Shown piece by piece: positions 63,326 to 64,000 of a stretch of 64,000 bases of DNA. Under the pieces are notes generated by a model. The model ran no database searches. It saw only the letters and a list, made by a program, of their open reading frames with translations, and was not told the DNA's origin. Source of the DNA: Iphione sp. A-MEVVRFRX5. Lineage: Eukaryota. The translations under genes and the position numbers were made by a program. Numbering within the stretch: position 1 is the stretch's first letter; each line of letters opens with the position of its first letter. The stretch is taken from assembly GCA_976226885.1 (NCBI GenBank), contig OZ320313.1, positions 93,000,001 to 93,064,000 of the forward strand, in the 5' to 3' direction.

Positions 63326-63643
63326 CAGTATAGCGGTGGATCCAGTGCCATGTCCGTTATTGGGCAGGGATTGATTATGGGGAGAGCTACAAGAACTCCA
63401 TATCGACCCCGCCAATCCGAAGCCAAGGAGTTTGTATGTACGACGCCCGGCTGTGGCCGGAGCTACTATTACAAACATCACCTGCAACGACATATTTCTG
63501 TGAGCGGCCATACATCTTTGTGGCCCAGCGGAGCAAACCTGGTAATGAATTCTGCAGTCAGCCCAGAGCAACATGACCCAGTAAGCAAGAATAGATCACC
63601 AGCATATGTTCATGTTGTCAAACCTGAACCCAATATCAGATGA
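63326..63643 (+). CDS. Alternative terminal exon F, single C2H2 zinc finger
   Basis: Acceptor ttttctttttttttcgtttgtAG|CAG (NAGNAG; both options phase 0). QYSGG...AKEFVCTTPGCGRSYYYKHHLQRHISVSGH. Confidence 0.85.
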   Translation, partial: QYSGGSSAMSVIGQGLIMGRATRTPYRPRQSEAKEFVCTTPGCGRSYYYKHHLQRHISVSGHTSLWPSGANLVMNSAVSPEQHDPVSKNRSPAYVHVVKPEPNIR

Positions 63644-64000
63644 TATACTGGGACGACATTTTAATTAGTGGGTATAGAAAGTGCCATTATTCATCGGCTT
63701 TTAAGTTCAAAACAACATCTAACAGGGATAAGACAGATCTGTATCCCGTCAGCCAGTGTTATCTCATTACAGATTACGAAACCACCTAATAGAGAGTGGA
63801 CATAATCATTCAATCCACAACCTAGAAGGATGTGACAAACAACTCGTTGGAAAAGGATGTTGATGTGTGCTCCTGCTGGTGTGAATCCGAAGCTATTCTA
63901 AGGTGGGACACATCTCACAGGAAGTGGAGGTGGATCTCATCTGACAGAAGTGGAGATGACAAACTTCTTTCAGAATCCACAAACATCCGACAGAAGTGGA

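Overview
Eukaryotic, repeat-rich scaffold with three N gaps; no rRNA, tRNA or CRISPR seen. The host is probably an invertebrate of the annelid/lophotrochozoan type (inference). The main host feature is one large + strand locus. A single GC-rich common coding exon (17454-18470) encodes a compact non-BTB N-terminal domain and a Ser/Gly-rich linker, and ends at a phase-0 GT donor. It is followed over 45 kb by six separate terminal exons. Each opens at a polypyrimidine-AG acceptor in phase 0, encodes one C-x4-C C2H2 zinc finger and has its own stop codon. This is a lola/mod(mdg4)/fruitless-like alternative-3'-exon transcription factor built on a different N-terminal domain. A degenerate seventh exon is possible. 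Mobile DNA fills the rest. An L1/Tx1 LINE has an intact ORF1 ending in a NADAR (YbiA-like) domain whose catalytic residues appear altered, and it abuts a CR1/L2-like remnant. Two related DIRS tyrosine-recombinase retroelements retain recognisable ITR/ICR termini. The second carries a nested 5'-truncated Penelope (16-bp duplication, hammerhead-like core), another nested insert, and a near-perfect 250-bp fold-back around its left end. There are also several MITEs, a head-to-head ~41-bp minisatellite and simple repeats. All translations and alignments were done by eye; no searches were run.
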